Part shown: positions 40,381 to 52,974 of the stretch, in pieces
How positions within the stretch are numbered: position 1 is the stretch's first letter
Layout of the letters: each line of letters opens with the position of its first letter
Source of the DNA: Octopus sinensis
Taxonomy: Eukaryota
Direction of reading: 5' to 3'
NCBI RefSeq assembly: GCF_006345805.1
Contig: NC_043001.1
Coordinates: forward strand, 49,476,001 to 49,540,000
DNA length: 64,000 nt
Position numbers and translations under genes: made by a program
The notes under the pieces: model-generated
What the model was told of the DNA's origin: nothing
What the model saw: only the letters and a program-made list of their open reading frames with translations
Database searches by the model: none

Positions 40381-41410
40381 GGCGCAGGAGTGGCTGTGTG
40401 GTAAGTAGCTTGCTTACCAACCACATGGTTCCGGTTCAGTCCCATTGCGTGGCACCTTGGGCAAGTGTCTTCTACTATTGCCTCGGGCCTTGTGAGTGGA
40501 TTTGGTAGACGGAAACTAAAGAAGCCCGTCGTATATGTGTATATGTATATATGTATGTGTGTGTATATGTGTGTCTGTGTTTGTCCCCCAACATCGCTTG
40601 AAAACCGATGGTGGTGTGTTTACGTTCCCGTAACTTAGCGGTTCAGCAAAAGAGACCGATACAATAAGTACTAGGCTTCCAAAGAATAAGTCCTGGGGTC
40701 GATTTGCTGAAACAAGTAAAAGTAAAAGTAAGTATATATGTATATATCTATCAATCTACATATATATATATATACACGCATATATATATATATATACGCA
40801 TGCATATATCCACACATAGTAGCTGTGTGGTAAGTAGCTTGCTTACCAGCCACATGGTTCCGGGTTCAGTCCCACTGCGTGGCACCTTGGGCAAGTGTCT
40901 TCTACTATAGCCTCGGGCCGACCGAAGCCTTGTGAGTGGATTTGGTAGACGGAAACTGAAAAGAAGCCCGTCGTATATATGTATATATATATATGCGTGT
41001 ATGTGTTTGTGTGTCTGTGTTTTTCCCCCTAGCATTGCTTGACAACCGATGCTGGTGTGTTTATATCCCCGTTACTTAGCGGTTCGGCAAAAGAGACCGA
41101 TAGAATAAGTACTAAGCTTACAAACGAATAAGTCCCGGGGTCGAGTTGCTCGATTAAAGGCGGTGCTCCAGCATGGCCACCGTCAAATGACTGAAACAAG
41201 TAAAAGAGTAAAGAGAGGGAGTATACGTGGTGTGTGTGCGCGCGCGCGCGTGTGTGCAGACATGGCTGTGTGGTAAGAAGCTTGCTTACCAACCACATGG
41301 TCCAGGTTCAGTCCCACTGCGTGGCATCTTGGTCAAGTGTGTGTTACGGCCTCGGGTCGAGAAAAGCCTTGAGAGTGGATTTGGTAGGTAGAAACTGAAA
41401 GAAGCCCGTC
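40381..41410 (+). mobile_element. Cluster of three SINE family C copies
   Basis: Heads at ~40381, ~40818 and ~41262, all in the same orientation. Confidence 0.88.
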
Positions 41411-41455
41411 GTGTATATATATACGCGCGCGCCCAGTCACACACACATACACATG

Positions 41456-41497
<42 letters not shown>

Positions 41498-41504
41498 TAT
41501 ATTA

Positions 41505-41790
41505 TATTAAATTACGCAAATCAAACAATGAAAGACTTAAGCCAATACATAAATTAATTTATATTATTTAGATATGTAACAATTATTAAAAAATATAATT
41601 AATATCCACTACGATCGTTTCCTGTCTTCTGTCATCAAATTTTTGAGTAGCAGACATTCATCAGGTGGTTTCAAAATTTTCTTGGCGAGTTTTAAAATTT
41701 AATATAATATAATATTTTACTATAAAATTGGATTCAATCCTAAATCTGATTTTTCCCTGTAAGTTTGGATTTATTCCCTAATATTTATTA

Positions 41791-41793
<3 letters not shown>
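41505..41793 (-). mobile_element. Second copy of the 8922-9366 Penelope-like repeat, lacking one inverted arm; hammerhead motif at 41606-41668
   Basis: Colinear with 8940-9135, then jumps to 9275-9366; minus strand ccac-CTGATGA..GAA-ACGATCGT-A-gtgg. Confidence 0.75.
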
Positions 41794-41839
<46 letters not shown>

Positions 41840-41870
41840 TGTGTGTGTGTGTGTGTGGTGTGTGTGTGTG

Positions 41871-42170
41871 TGGAGGCGCAATGGCCTAGTGGTTAGGGCA
41901 GCGAACTCGCGGTCGTAGGATCGCGGTTTCGATTCCCAGACCGGGCGTTGTGAGTGTTTATTGAGCGAAAACACCTAAAGCTCCACGAGGCTCCGGCAGG
42001 GGGTGGTGGCGATCCCTGCTGTACTCTTTCGCCACAACTTCCTCTCACTCTTTCTTCTGTTGGCCAGCGGGGGGGGGGGGTCATCTGAAGGCTAAAACAA
42101 TGCGAAGCGCATTGTGACCAGCGATGTGTAACAACATCTGATGGCCTGGTCGGTCACGGTGATCACGGTG
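41871..42170 (+). mobile_element. SINE family K
   Basis: tggaggcgcaatggcctagtggttagggc..ggtttcgattccc A/B boxes. Confidence 0.88.
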
Positions 42171-43977
42171 ATATATATATATATATATATATATAAGAAA
42201 TAGAGCTAAAGCATCCAACTTTCGTAACAAACCGCATCGAGTTATAAGGTGCACCTACGACTAATTGGAGTAACCAATCTCACTCTATTTCATCGGATGA
42301 GTAACTCTGGGTCCGCGTTGCTGAAGTATATTCTACTGAATGTATATCCAAGACAGTTACAATGAATACGGCGATTAATGAAACTACATTTTTTTTTCTT
42401 GACTGTCAATTATTCAGCATTTTTTTTATTTAAATGTGCCCAACACACGTTTCTGCTGCATAGGTACCTCGCAATTGAATTTGTATCCAGCTACTTTCAA
42501 CTGGTTATTTGTCTATGCAACTTTATTCCAGGTTCATCCACTCACGTGGTCTGAAGTAAGCTAAGGGCATGTAGATTTAGTTAGCATTATATTTGCTCGC
42601 TTATTATAGCTTTTGAGTGCAAAGAATGTGAGAGGAAGATTTGGAAAGCTGATACAGGTATAGGAACTGTTAGGAGTTAGATCCTATACTGACCCTAGGT
42701 TTGAATTTTCCGGTTGCCCAAGCGCTTGAATTCTTTGTTGAAGTGCTTTAGATGCCCTGGAAACTAAAGCCATACTGGTGTTTGTCTATACTGAAGACTC
42801 CTAACAGAGAGATACTACACCTTACGAGAAAGGAGAAAGAGAGCTGTAAAGGTGAATATACTCGATAGTGAGTTGTATGTGTGTATGAATGTGTATCCGA
42901 ACAGAGAGGTATTTCACTGTTGCTAGAGTGTAAATCAGGCAGTCATGTCAGTGCATGCTGTAGTGGTGCAATGCTGCAATCTGACAGGTAGATTGGTATT
43001 CAAGTTATAGACTAGGTTGCTCAATTCTCATTTATTGTAATTAAATTGAGAATATTATTAAACTCACCATTATTTACATTAGACCAAAAATTGTTTTCAC
43101 TTTATATTACATCAAGGACGAAGTTATTGGGGCTCTTCATATTTATACACTTTGCTCCAAACCAAAGTACTAGAAGCGGGAGTAGTGTTCTATTGTGAGG
43201 ACGTATGTTTTGTTGAGGGTTAGTAATTGATTAGAGTTGAAATACGATCGGTTTCGAAAGAGGAAAGCAAAATGTTTAGAGGATGTGGGTGAAAGGCTTT
43301 AACTATAGTATATATGTGGGGTAACCAAAAAGATCATTATAGATTATCACTGAAAGACTAGAAAAGTTATAGTAGCGCATGATGTTTCTCCCTTGATAAT
43401 TGACTTATAATTGACTATTGGTATATTCAGTGGTAATACATAATTACAACAAACAGTAAGATGCACTTATCTGCTATCCAGATTTATATAATAGGGTAGT
43501 GAGACGATAATTGGGTAGTGAGACGATAATCGGGATTTCGGAGAAGACAAAATAACTGACTTTAATCGTCTTTTTGTCAAAGACTTGGTGAAAGTTTTCA
43601 GTGTTAGAGTAAAGTGTGTTTACTTGGTTTTAAAATTTTCCGGCGATACATTACTTCCAATTTGAAATTTAAAATTTTCAGACGATGCGATACTTCCAAA
43701 TTGAAAGATGATTATATGCTTTCTGTACTTTGTATCATGGTGATATTATTCCTCTATCTTTTCCTTAAAACTAGTTCCTCATAGAGCTTCTTCATCATAA
43801 TCTATTACATTGTTAAAAGATTTGTCCTTCATAATCCTAATCGAATTTGTTTGGCAAGGTTTTTTAAGATAGGGGTGCAATAATTTACGTCCTCGTGAAT
43901 ATATTATAAAGTTGATTTTAGTTTTCCTAGGGAGGAGTAGTATTTGCTAATATCTAAGAAGAATGTTATGTCAAGAA

Positions 43978-44200
43978 CATCTCTTATATAAAATCCGTTC
44001 TGTCTGTCTGTGTGTGTGTGTGTGTGGCTTCTAGGATCTCGGGCATCCTCCATCCGATTGCGCTCAGATTTGATATGTAGATACCGACGGTATCAGGGCG
44101 TGTATAAGTCTTGAAAAAATTACAAAAATTGATTCCCGGTGAAAATGCCATCGATAAAGCCGTGGGAAATCGTTTTTCTTTGGAATAGAAAAAAAGTCTA
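43978..44200 (+). mobile_element. Helitron-type 5' end fragment
   Basis: tctcttatataaaatccgttctgtctgtctgtgtg..catccgattgcgctcagatttg resembles the other Helitron-type starts. Confidence 0.45.
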
Positions 44201-45513
44201 TCTTTATTTCTTTATTTCTTCTTTTGCTGGTGTCTCAAATTTAAGTTAAATCATTGTTTCTCCAAGGGGAGGCCTATGGGACGGTCGAACAAGTTGTTTT
44301 GAAAAAATTTTATTTAAATGTTTGACAACTCAGCACCGTCCATTGGACAGGGGACGTTTTGCTCGTTAACTATAATTGCAAGTACTATGATTTCTTAACT
44401 TTTTTCAATAATTCAAGTGAATCCTCTCTAAATCTGTCAGTTACTCGTAACATGTTATTTGCTTTGCATACAGAAGGTCGCCATCACTGTATAACGGGGA
44501 AATCGCACTTGTGAAGGTTTGAAATTTCAGCTTCGATTAAATACACACACTCGCTTCTCTTTATATGTATTATAATTTTGTATAAACACGTGGCGGCGGA
44601 TATGGTGGCGGCTGTGGCGGTGGTAAGTGGTGGCGGTGTGGAGGAGTGTGATGGTAATACGGATGGGAATAGAATTCATTGTTAAATTTTCCTACGACTG
44701 AAAATTTCAGGAAAATCCGAACAAGGCAATTTCTACAAATCTTCTGCTGTTCACAGGAATAAACTATTCCACCTTGTGGTAGCGACTTTCATCCAGCTGG
44801 GAGACGTATCCCTTTCGGTTCGTCGTACGAAGCCCTTTTGTCTTACCCATCTACGAACAGGTGTATGGACCTGAACAGATCTACACAACAGCAGCAGCAA
44901 TAACAAGCAGTATGTAGTTAAAAAGCTGCTTTGCAACCACTTGGTTTCGGGTTCAGTCCCACTACACAGAATCTTGGGCGAGTATTTTCTAATATAACCC
45001 GTGGCCGGCCGATATCTTGTGAGCGAATTTCGTAGACGTAAACTGTGTTGAAGTCCGTCTTTATTCTTTTATTAGTTTATTCTTTTACTTGTTTCAGTCA
45101 TTTGATTGCGGCCGTGCTGGAGTACCGCCTTTCGTCGAGCAAATATATCCCAGGACTTAATCTTTGTAAGACTAGTACTTATTCTGTCGGTCTCTTTTGC
45201 CGAACCGCTAAGTTACGGGGGTGTAAACACACCAGCAACAATTATCAAGCGATGGTGGGGAGGACAAACACGGAGACTCAAACACAAACACACACACACA
45301 CACACATACACATATATATATATATGACGGGCTTCTTTCAGTTTCTATCTACTAAATTCACTCACAAGGCTTTGGTCGGCCCGAAGCTATAGTAGAAGAC
45401 ACTCGACCAAGGTGCTACGCAGTGGGACTGAACCAACCTTGTGGTTGGTTACCACCCAAGCTCCGCCGCCTATACATACATACTATAAAACACAACATAT
45501 ACATATATATATA

Positions 45514-45544
<31 letters not shown>

Positions 45545-45835
45545 CATATACATACAACACACACATATCTATATATATATTGTATATTATATATATATAT
45601 ATATATATAATATTATATATTATATAGATATAGAGATAGATATATAGATTAGATAGATAGATAGTAGATAGTAGATAGATAGATAGATAGATAATAGATG
45701 ATAGATAGATAGATAGATAGATAGATACAATATATATATACAAGAATTATATATGACAAGGGCACTAAGAAGCATCCGAAGCCTCAAGAATTATCCCCAA
45801 TTTTTTACAGGCATGTTTGAAAAAAAAACTAAGTG

Positions 45836-46127
45836 AATAAGGATTGCGTCTTACCTCTGCCAAATTGCAAGAAGGAATGCCAGTTAACCTGGTATCGTGA
45901 TTTCGGATTTAGCACCCAAAACACTGGATTCTCTTCAGCCAAGTCTACTCATAACAGTACTTATAATTGACTTCAACCAATGCCTGTGTTCGTTCGAGGG
46001 CCAAAGCTGCATTGGAAAAACGAACTGAAGAGAATCAAGTAATTTTGGGGCTAAATTGGAAATCATGTTACCAGGTTAACTGGTATTCCTTCTTGAAATT
46101 TTGCAGAGGTAAGACGCAATACTTATT
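45836..46127. mobile_element. MITE with 59-bp terminal inverted repeats, unclassified
   Basis: 45836-45894 and 46069-46127 match at 55 of 59 positions as inverted repeats. Confidence 0.85.
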
Positions 46128-47203
46128 AAACATAGTTTTCTTTTTTCCAACCATACTTGTAAAAATTTAATTCTTGTGGCTTCGAAGTGTTTTTACTCCT
46201 ATTTTTAGCAAAGCTAGTGCTTAGTACCCTTGTTATATATGATTCTTATATATGTCTATTAATTTTGCCTGTACGGTTTTAAGCTTGCGGCCACTAATAT
46301 TGATGTCTCTTATGATATAATGTTCTTTATATATCTACACACACAAACACCACACACACAACAACACACACACTTACACACACACCTATATATATATTAT
46401 ATATATTATATATATATATATATATAAGCCTGTATGTTTGTGTTTGATGTCCCAGCCACTGCATGACAATCGGTGTTGGTTTGTTTACGTCCCCATTACT
46501 TAGTGGCTGAGTAAAAGGGACTGGCAGAATAAGTACCAGAACTTCTTTTAACAATAAGTACTGGGGTCGATTTGCTCGACTAAACCCTTGAAGACGGTGT
46601 CCCAGCATAGCCTTAGTCCATTGATTGAAAAAACGTAAACAGTAAGAGATAAACGCAAGGACAACAAAAATAACTAGCAACAAAAACAACAACAACAATG
46701 AAGTTTGATATTTTTCTCTTCAGATTTATTTCAAGCCAGAAATTCCAAGCATACCATAGAAACAAATAATATTGAAAGCGAGACACACATGGAAAGAAAG
46801 TGGTCACATTACAAATGAGGTCGCAGATGACTGCGTAAAGACTGTCAAACCAGCTGACTGATTCAGTGATCGAACAAGTAATTAAACCATCGGTTACTTA
46901 TTTGGTCAAATGGTTGACTAACAATCTTACTTTATAAATCACGGTAAAAAGTGAAATAAAGTTAGTGCATGGGTTTCTTACAGGCAAAATAGTCCTCCCG
47001 AAACCTAATTTATATATATATATATATATATATATAATTGAGATAAGGGTTGTGAGTGCAACCCACCATGGGATAACATATCCAATATACTGCTAGTAAA
47101 GTACCCAACAAAGTTAATAAATAAATGTTAAGAATTGTGATGCAATTAATTCATTTACTGTATTATATGGGCAAAGGTAAAATGTTTTACCACATATTAA
47201 TAA

Positions 47204-47370
47204 TACAAAATAAGAAAATGGAGAAATACATCTTAATCAATGATCAACTACCAGATAATACCCAATCACATAATTTATTAACCACTACTGGATTAATAAA
47301 TTATGTGATTGGTTATTATCTGGTAGTTGATCATTGATTAAGGTGTATTTCTCCATTTTCTTATTTTGTA
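47204..47370. repeat. 167-bp palindrome (78-bp arms, 11-nt loop)
   Basis: tacaaaataagaaaatggagaaatac.. / ..gtatttctccattttcttattttgta. Confidence 0.92.
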
Positions 47371-47583
47371 TGTATATATATATATATATATATATACAAA
47401 CACACACGCACACACACACATACACGCACGCGCGCGCACATCACACACACACACACACAGAATAGATAATCGAAATGTTAGTGGTAAGCAATGTTTAGGC
47501 ATGAGCAAAATTTAGGTTACTTGAAATATGTTTGTGAAATATGTTTGTGATTTCAACTGCTGAACGGGAAATATACTTCAGTT

Positions 47584-47820
47584 ACCGTAGAGAATATATC
47601 TCTTTTATGGTAAAAAAAAGTGTCACCATCTGTTAAGAATCCCAGACATCGAAGCTTGAAACATCAATGTCTGGGATTCCTAATATATGGCGACACCTTT
47701 TTACCATAAGAGATATATATTCTTCACGGTGTTGCTTATAGCACCGTAGGCTACGGTAAACGCCTCGAACAAACGTTTCGTCTAGACGACAAACGTTGAC
47801 TGTAGCCTACGGGGTTATAA
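47584..47820. repeat. Two adjacent palindromes (47584-47730, ~68-bp arms; 47736-47820, 27-bp arms)
   Basis: Direct reverse-complement comparison by eye. Confidence 0.85.
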
Positions 47821-48297
47821 ACAACACGTTCAGGTTCTGTTGAATGCGGTGATTAATATTCATTACGAAGGCTGCCTTGTGGCTAATAACTTATTTATAC
47901 ACAGCCTGCGATACCTCTAGCTTTTTGGCCAGTATTATTCTATGTGGGTTTAACTGATTTTCATTCTGACGTTCGGCATTTGGCTTCCTGCTGCTGATGG
48001 TTCGCAATACGGTGAAATTACGTTATTGTAGTGATATCCGCTGGTGCTGACGAAATTTAATCAACCGGGGTGCAAGTTCGATGCCTTTAAGCATTTCTCT
48101 TCTACACAAAATGATTTTTATTTTTCGTTTTTTGCAGGATGTCCACTGCAGCTTACAACTCATCCAGATTACGTTGGATGTAATAATTATTATTCGGTAT
48201 AAAGGCTGCTTTTGTCGCTAATAGCTAATATATATATTATATATATATATATATAATATATATATATATATATCTATATACATATATACTACATATC

Positions 48298-48834
48298 CAT
48301 TATTTACATTAGTTACATTTGACGGATATTTGTCCTCATCTTGTTTGTTGTTTGTTAACAACGTTACAGCTGATAAACTCTCTAGCCTTCATTAGGTTTC
48401 TTGGAGAAATTTCAAACCTGGGTTCTCGTTCCTAAGGTGTTTTTCGATGTTATTATTATTATTATTATTATTCAGGTCAATGCCTGGAATCGAACTTGGA
48501 ATTTTGGGGTTAGTAGCCCGCACTTTTAAGCACTACGCCATATGCACATGGGCATATGGCGTAGTGGTTAGGAGCGCGGGCTACTAACCCCAAGATTCCG
48601 AGTTCGATTCCAGGCAGTGACCTGAATAATAATAATGATAATAATAATACTAACAGCAACAACAACAACAATAATAATAATAATAATAATAACATTGAAA
48701 AATACCTTAGGAATGAGAACCCAGGTTCGAAATTTCCCCCAAGACACCTGATGAAGGCTGGAGGGTATATCAGCCGATACATTGTGTTAACAACAAAGAA
48801 AATGAGGACAAATATCCGTCAAATGTAAATAATG
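48298..48834. mobile_element. Spacer-less palindromic element: two divergent tRNA-like heads, each followed by (AAT)n and a Penelope-type hammerhead tail
   Basis: Centre tatgc(a)catgggcata at 48541-48556; A box TGGCGTAGTGG at 48557-48567, B box GTTCGATTC at 48602-48610, mirrored at 48540-48530 and 48495-48487; tail acac-CTGATGA-aggctg..cagcc-GATACATTgtgt at 48744-48787. Confidence 0.85.
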
Positions 48835-48907
48835 TACATAATTCCTCACCTCTTAAATATAGAACTGTATATATACATATATTTGTGCGTGTGCGTATAT
48901 ATATAAG

Positions 48908-48978
<71 letters not shown>

Positions 48979-49434
48979 TATATATATATATATATAATAT
49001 TAGGGAAGTTAGCTGGTATTCATATATGTACCTATAGTGGATACATTGGGTGGAAACAATTGTAGTGATTAAAAATTAACTCTCCAATGGTACTCCTTGT
49101 TAACTCCAGTTTTTTCAGTTATACAAATTCATATATATGTATATACATACATACATACATACATACATACATACATACGTACGTACGTACGTACGTACAT
49201 GCATGCCTGCATGTATTATGTAGAAATGTATACAATTATTTATTTGCAAGCCTTTTTGGTGTGAAAAAGTCTCGTATTTTAATTCTTATATATAGCGGTA
49301 GATAAACTAGGAGAAAGATAGGCGATTGCACGCATACATATACACAGCGAAAGAGGGAGAGAGAGAAAGAGAAAAAAAGAGAGAATGAGGGAGAGTGAGT
49401 GAGAGAGACCTAGACAGCCAGGTAGGTAGGTAGG

Positions 49435-49520
<86 letters not shown>

Positions 49521-49544
49521 CTGTTCGATTCTGTTTAGAACGTT

Positions 49545-49603
49545 TTAAAAAGATGTGTCTGAACGTTTCAGTAGATAAGCGGATATTTGGGGATGGCAAA
49601 CAA
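49545..49603 (-). CDS. S-crystallin/sigma-GST gene A, visible 3' end of the last coding exon
   Basis: Immediately out of the N gap the minus strand reads xVCHPQISAYLLKRSDTSF*, homologous to gene [20 protein letters not shown]; candidate AATAAA at 49244-49239. Confidence 0.85.
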
Positions 49604-49703
49604 NNNNNNNNNNNNNNNNNNNNNNNNNNNNNNNNNNNNNNNNNNNNNNNNNNNNNNNNNNNNNNNNNNNNNNNNNNNNNNNNNNNNNNNNNNNNNNNNN
49701 NNN
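49604..49703. other. Assembly gap (100 N, probably unsized)
   Basis: Run of N; interrupts gene A. Confidence 1.
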
Positions 49704-49814
49704 GATATATACATAATACAGTCACACACACACACACACATACACACATACGTACACACACACGCACAGATGTTGGGTTGTATTTTAAATCGAGCGGAGT
49801 GACCGAATGTCAGT

Positions 49815-49873
<59 letters not shown>

Positions 49874-50036
49874 ACGTTGGGTTGTAATATATATAATACA
49901 TTCTTTTTTCTTTTATTTTTCCAGTCATCTGACTGTGGCCATGCTTCTTACCACACAGCCACGCCTGCGCCTATATATACAAAATAGATATATCTTAATA
50001 TATATATAATATATATATATATATAGATAATATATA

Positions 50037-50096
<60 letters not shown>

Positions 50097-50396
50097 GTAT
50101 ATATGTATATATATATAGTAGAAATATGTTACGAAAAGAAAATATAAAAAAACGTGGAAATGTAAGGGTAAAATATGAAAATCACGAAAATGCATATTGC
50201 AAATAGAAAAGGCTATTATGCCAGGTAACGACAAATATATACATTTAGATTGACTGAGGTAGTAATACGTCATAAAAGTCATTATTATGAGATGATTATA
50301 AGATGATAATAAAGAGAACAAATAAGGAACAACAAACGGACCATGGTTTACGCAAAGCTTATTAACACCGGTAATAATATATATATATATATATAT

Positions 50397-50461
<65 letters not shown>

Positions 50462-50519
50462 CATATATATACATATACATATATTATATATGTGTGTGTA
50501 TGTATGTATGTATAATATA

Positions 50520-51143
50520 TCAGGTTGAGTAAAAAGTAAGAAACGTTTTGAAACGTGAAATTCATCACACTTTATTTCAACAATGCGGAAATTTTATTCA
50601 TCAAAGTAAGTACCATTACAATCAACACATTTTTGCCAACGAGTTACAAGTTTCTTTATTCCAGTAACATAAAAATCTGGAGTTCCGGAACTGCTGAATT
50701 CTTTGAACGCACTTTAAGCATCGGCTTGATTTCTGAACTCCTTCTCTCGCAGGAAACCATCAAGGTGCTTGAAAAAGTGGTAGTTGGTAGGAGAAAGGTC
50801 TGGGGTATAAGCTGGCAGGAGAAGAATTCGTTGCCAAGTTCCCTCAACTTCTGGAGCGTCATTAGTGAAACGTGTTGTCGAGCATTGTCATGAAGAATGA
50901 TTGGCGCTCTTCTGTTGAACATTTTGGGACGGAGGAGTAGCGGCTTTTCGTTTATCTTGACAATTTCACCGCAATATGTTTCTGCAGTTTTTCCGAGATT
51001 TAAGAAGTTATAGTGAATGAGTCCGGCAGTATACTACCTAACAGTCACCATAACTTTCTTTTTGAAGAGCTCGGGTTTAGGGAAGGTTTTCGGTACTTTA
51101 CTTTGGTTCAAGCACTGCGAAGAATGTTTCTCCTGTTGACTAA
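50520..51143 (-). mobile_element. mariner transposon, 3' half
   Basis: TIR tcaggttgagtaaaaagtaag at 50520; minus-strand relic IILHDNARQHVSLMTLQKLRELG..(PYSPDL)..HFF. Confidence 0.85.
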
Positions 51144-51239
51144 GCTGTATGTATGTATGTATGTATGTAGTATGTATGTATGTATGTATGTATGTATGTA
51201 TGTATGTATGTGTGTATGTATGTATGTATGTCTCCCATT

Positions 51240-51903
51240 TTCTAATTATTTCTTTTAATGAGGAGGCAGCTGGTTTCCAACAAAGATACAAGGCTCCTTC
51301 TTTGGGATGTAGCTAACACATACAAATTCACATTTGGAACTTGAGAAAAGTCTTGCATATTTTTACTGTTCCACTCACAGATTTTACTTGTAATGTACGA
51401 ATCAGCCGGTCGATTTCTCTTGCTAAAATATCCCAGTTTATCCAGATTCTCCTTTAAGCTTTTACTAATAAAACCTAGTGCCCCAATTATTGTTGGTATG
51501 AATATGAATTCATTGTATGGATACAGAAGCTGGAGGTTTCGAAGCAGTTTTCCATAGATATCCACTTTTTCTTTGATTTTCAAAGAGAGATTTATATTTG
51601 CAGGGCAGCTGTCCTCCATGACGGTACATACATTTGCCCCTCTGTCCCAATCAAAAATATCCAGCATGTTATGTTTACATTTAACAGAAGTTTTGATGGG
51701 AATATTCCACCAGTATTCCTTGAGTTGGTGTTTATGAATGTATTCCATAGCAGGGGGATTTTCTAAGTTTATTTCCGGACAGTCTTTTTTTTTTTGGGAT
51801 GGCATTGTAAATTGTTTTAGCAACAACATCGTGCCGCATAGGGAGGTAGTACCGTGATGACATTTTAGGACAACTGTTAATCACATGCGTAATGTCTTCG
51901 TAT
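51240..51903 (-). mobile_element. R4-clade-like LINE, 5'-truncated 3' end (CCHC tail + restriction-like endonuclease)
   Basis: EDITHVINSCPKMSSRYYLPMRHDVVAKTIY and VCTVMEDSCPANINLSLKIKEKVDIYGKL..IPTIIGALG; ~70% similar by eye to 52990-53610. Confidence 0.85.
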
Positions 51904-52140
51904 GTATGCATGTATGTATGTACGTATGTGCATATGTATGTACGTATGTGCATATATAAATAAATAAATGTTGCTTGGTGTATGTACGTACGTACATACA
52001 TACACCAAGCAACATTTATTTATGTCAAACCGTCAAATAAAACCTACCAGATGAAATTTGTTTGACTGGAGTTTCTTTGAGGGACGAATAAATGGTTTTA
52101 AAATATTAAACAGAAGAAAATGAAACGAGAAAGCAGTTAC

Positions 52141-52256
52141 CTTTTTGCTGAAATTTTTCTCATAATACAACTGCAGGTAATCGTCCAAGATATCATTGAG
52201 ACAGTCACAGATGCTTTCTATTCTAGCCATATCGACGTTGTTCTTGCCGTGGAAAC
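52141..52256 (-). CDS. S-crystallin/sigma-GST gene A, coding exon 3
   Basis: Acceptor ttctgccactcag, donor AAG|gtaact; (G)[38 protein letters not shown]; 116 nt. Confidence 0.93.
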
Positions 52257-52400
52257 CTGAGTGGCAGAAATTAACATATAATCATGTGTGTGTATGTGTG
52301 AGTGTAAATGTACATAAAATGCATAAATACACACCTACATACACCCATACATACACACACAGCGGGGAAGAGAAGAAAGAGAGAGAAAGTAGAATGATTA

Positions 52401-52620
52401 CAATAATCCCTCGACCATCGCAGGTGTTACAGTTCAAAACCCCTCGCGATAGGCGAAAATTCGCGAAGAAAAACAGTACTGTATTGTATATTTTAAAATC
52501 ATTTTTATAATTTATATACATTTATTTTATCATAAATGCAAAACAACACCACAGAAGAATCGACGTAAGCTTAAATAAAAGACCGCGATAGGTGAACCAC
52601 GATATGGTGAGGGATTAGTG
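52401..52620. mobile_element. Tigger/pogo-type MITE
   Basis: TA-flanked caataatccctcg / tgagggattagtg ends with internal ccgcgatagg(c/t)gaa repeats. Confidence 0.8.
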
Positions 52621-52974
52621 TATATTTATTTGTTAGGAAAAGGCCCTATGAAAAGTTCTTTCCATTAAACAGATCCAATGAAGATAGTTGGACTGGGTCC
52701 AGCGATAATCGCCGGATTCACATCAGCGGGAGCAAAATAATTCCTATGCATATGGAGTACGCATGCGTATTGAGTACATATATATATACAATGGGTAGCC
52801 AGGAGAGACCAGCGTCACATATTATAGTTTGTGTGAGTGTGTGCGCACGCGTGTTCTTAAGTTTATGCCTGGGTAAGTATAATTTTGGCATGGTGTAGTT
52901 TGTTTCGGGGTAATATATGTGTTTTGGCTTAAGGTCTGTTTCGTTGTTGGTATATGAATCTGTCACTTCTGTTT

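Noticed and set aside
41871-41945. tRNA-like sequences (also 17065-17140, 48551-48625 and SINE-M/C heads)
   Set aside because: They are SINE heads with A/B boxes but without a complete paired acceptor stem, and they run into repeat bodies; not called as tRNA genes.
44745-44885. GC-richer segment with splice-like signals on both strands (possible gene A exon 4 or a gene B 5' UTR exon)
   Set aside because: No frame resembles GST, it lies downstream of the gene A stop, and a UTR role cannot be supported without transcripts.
47830-48130. Possible pogo/Tigger N-terminal HTH relic (HRIILAKKLEV) on the minus strand
   Set aside because: Too short and interrupted to call.
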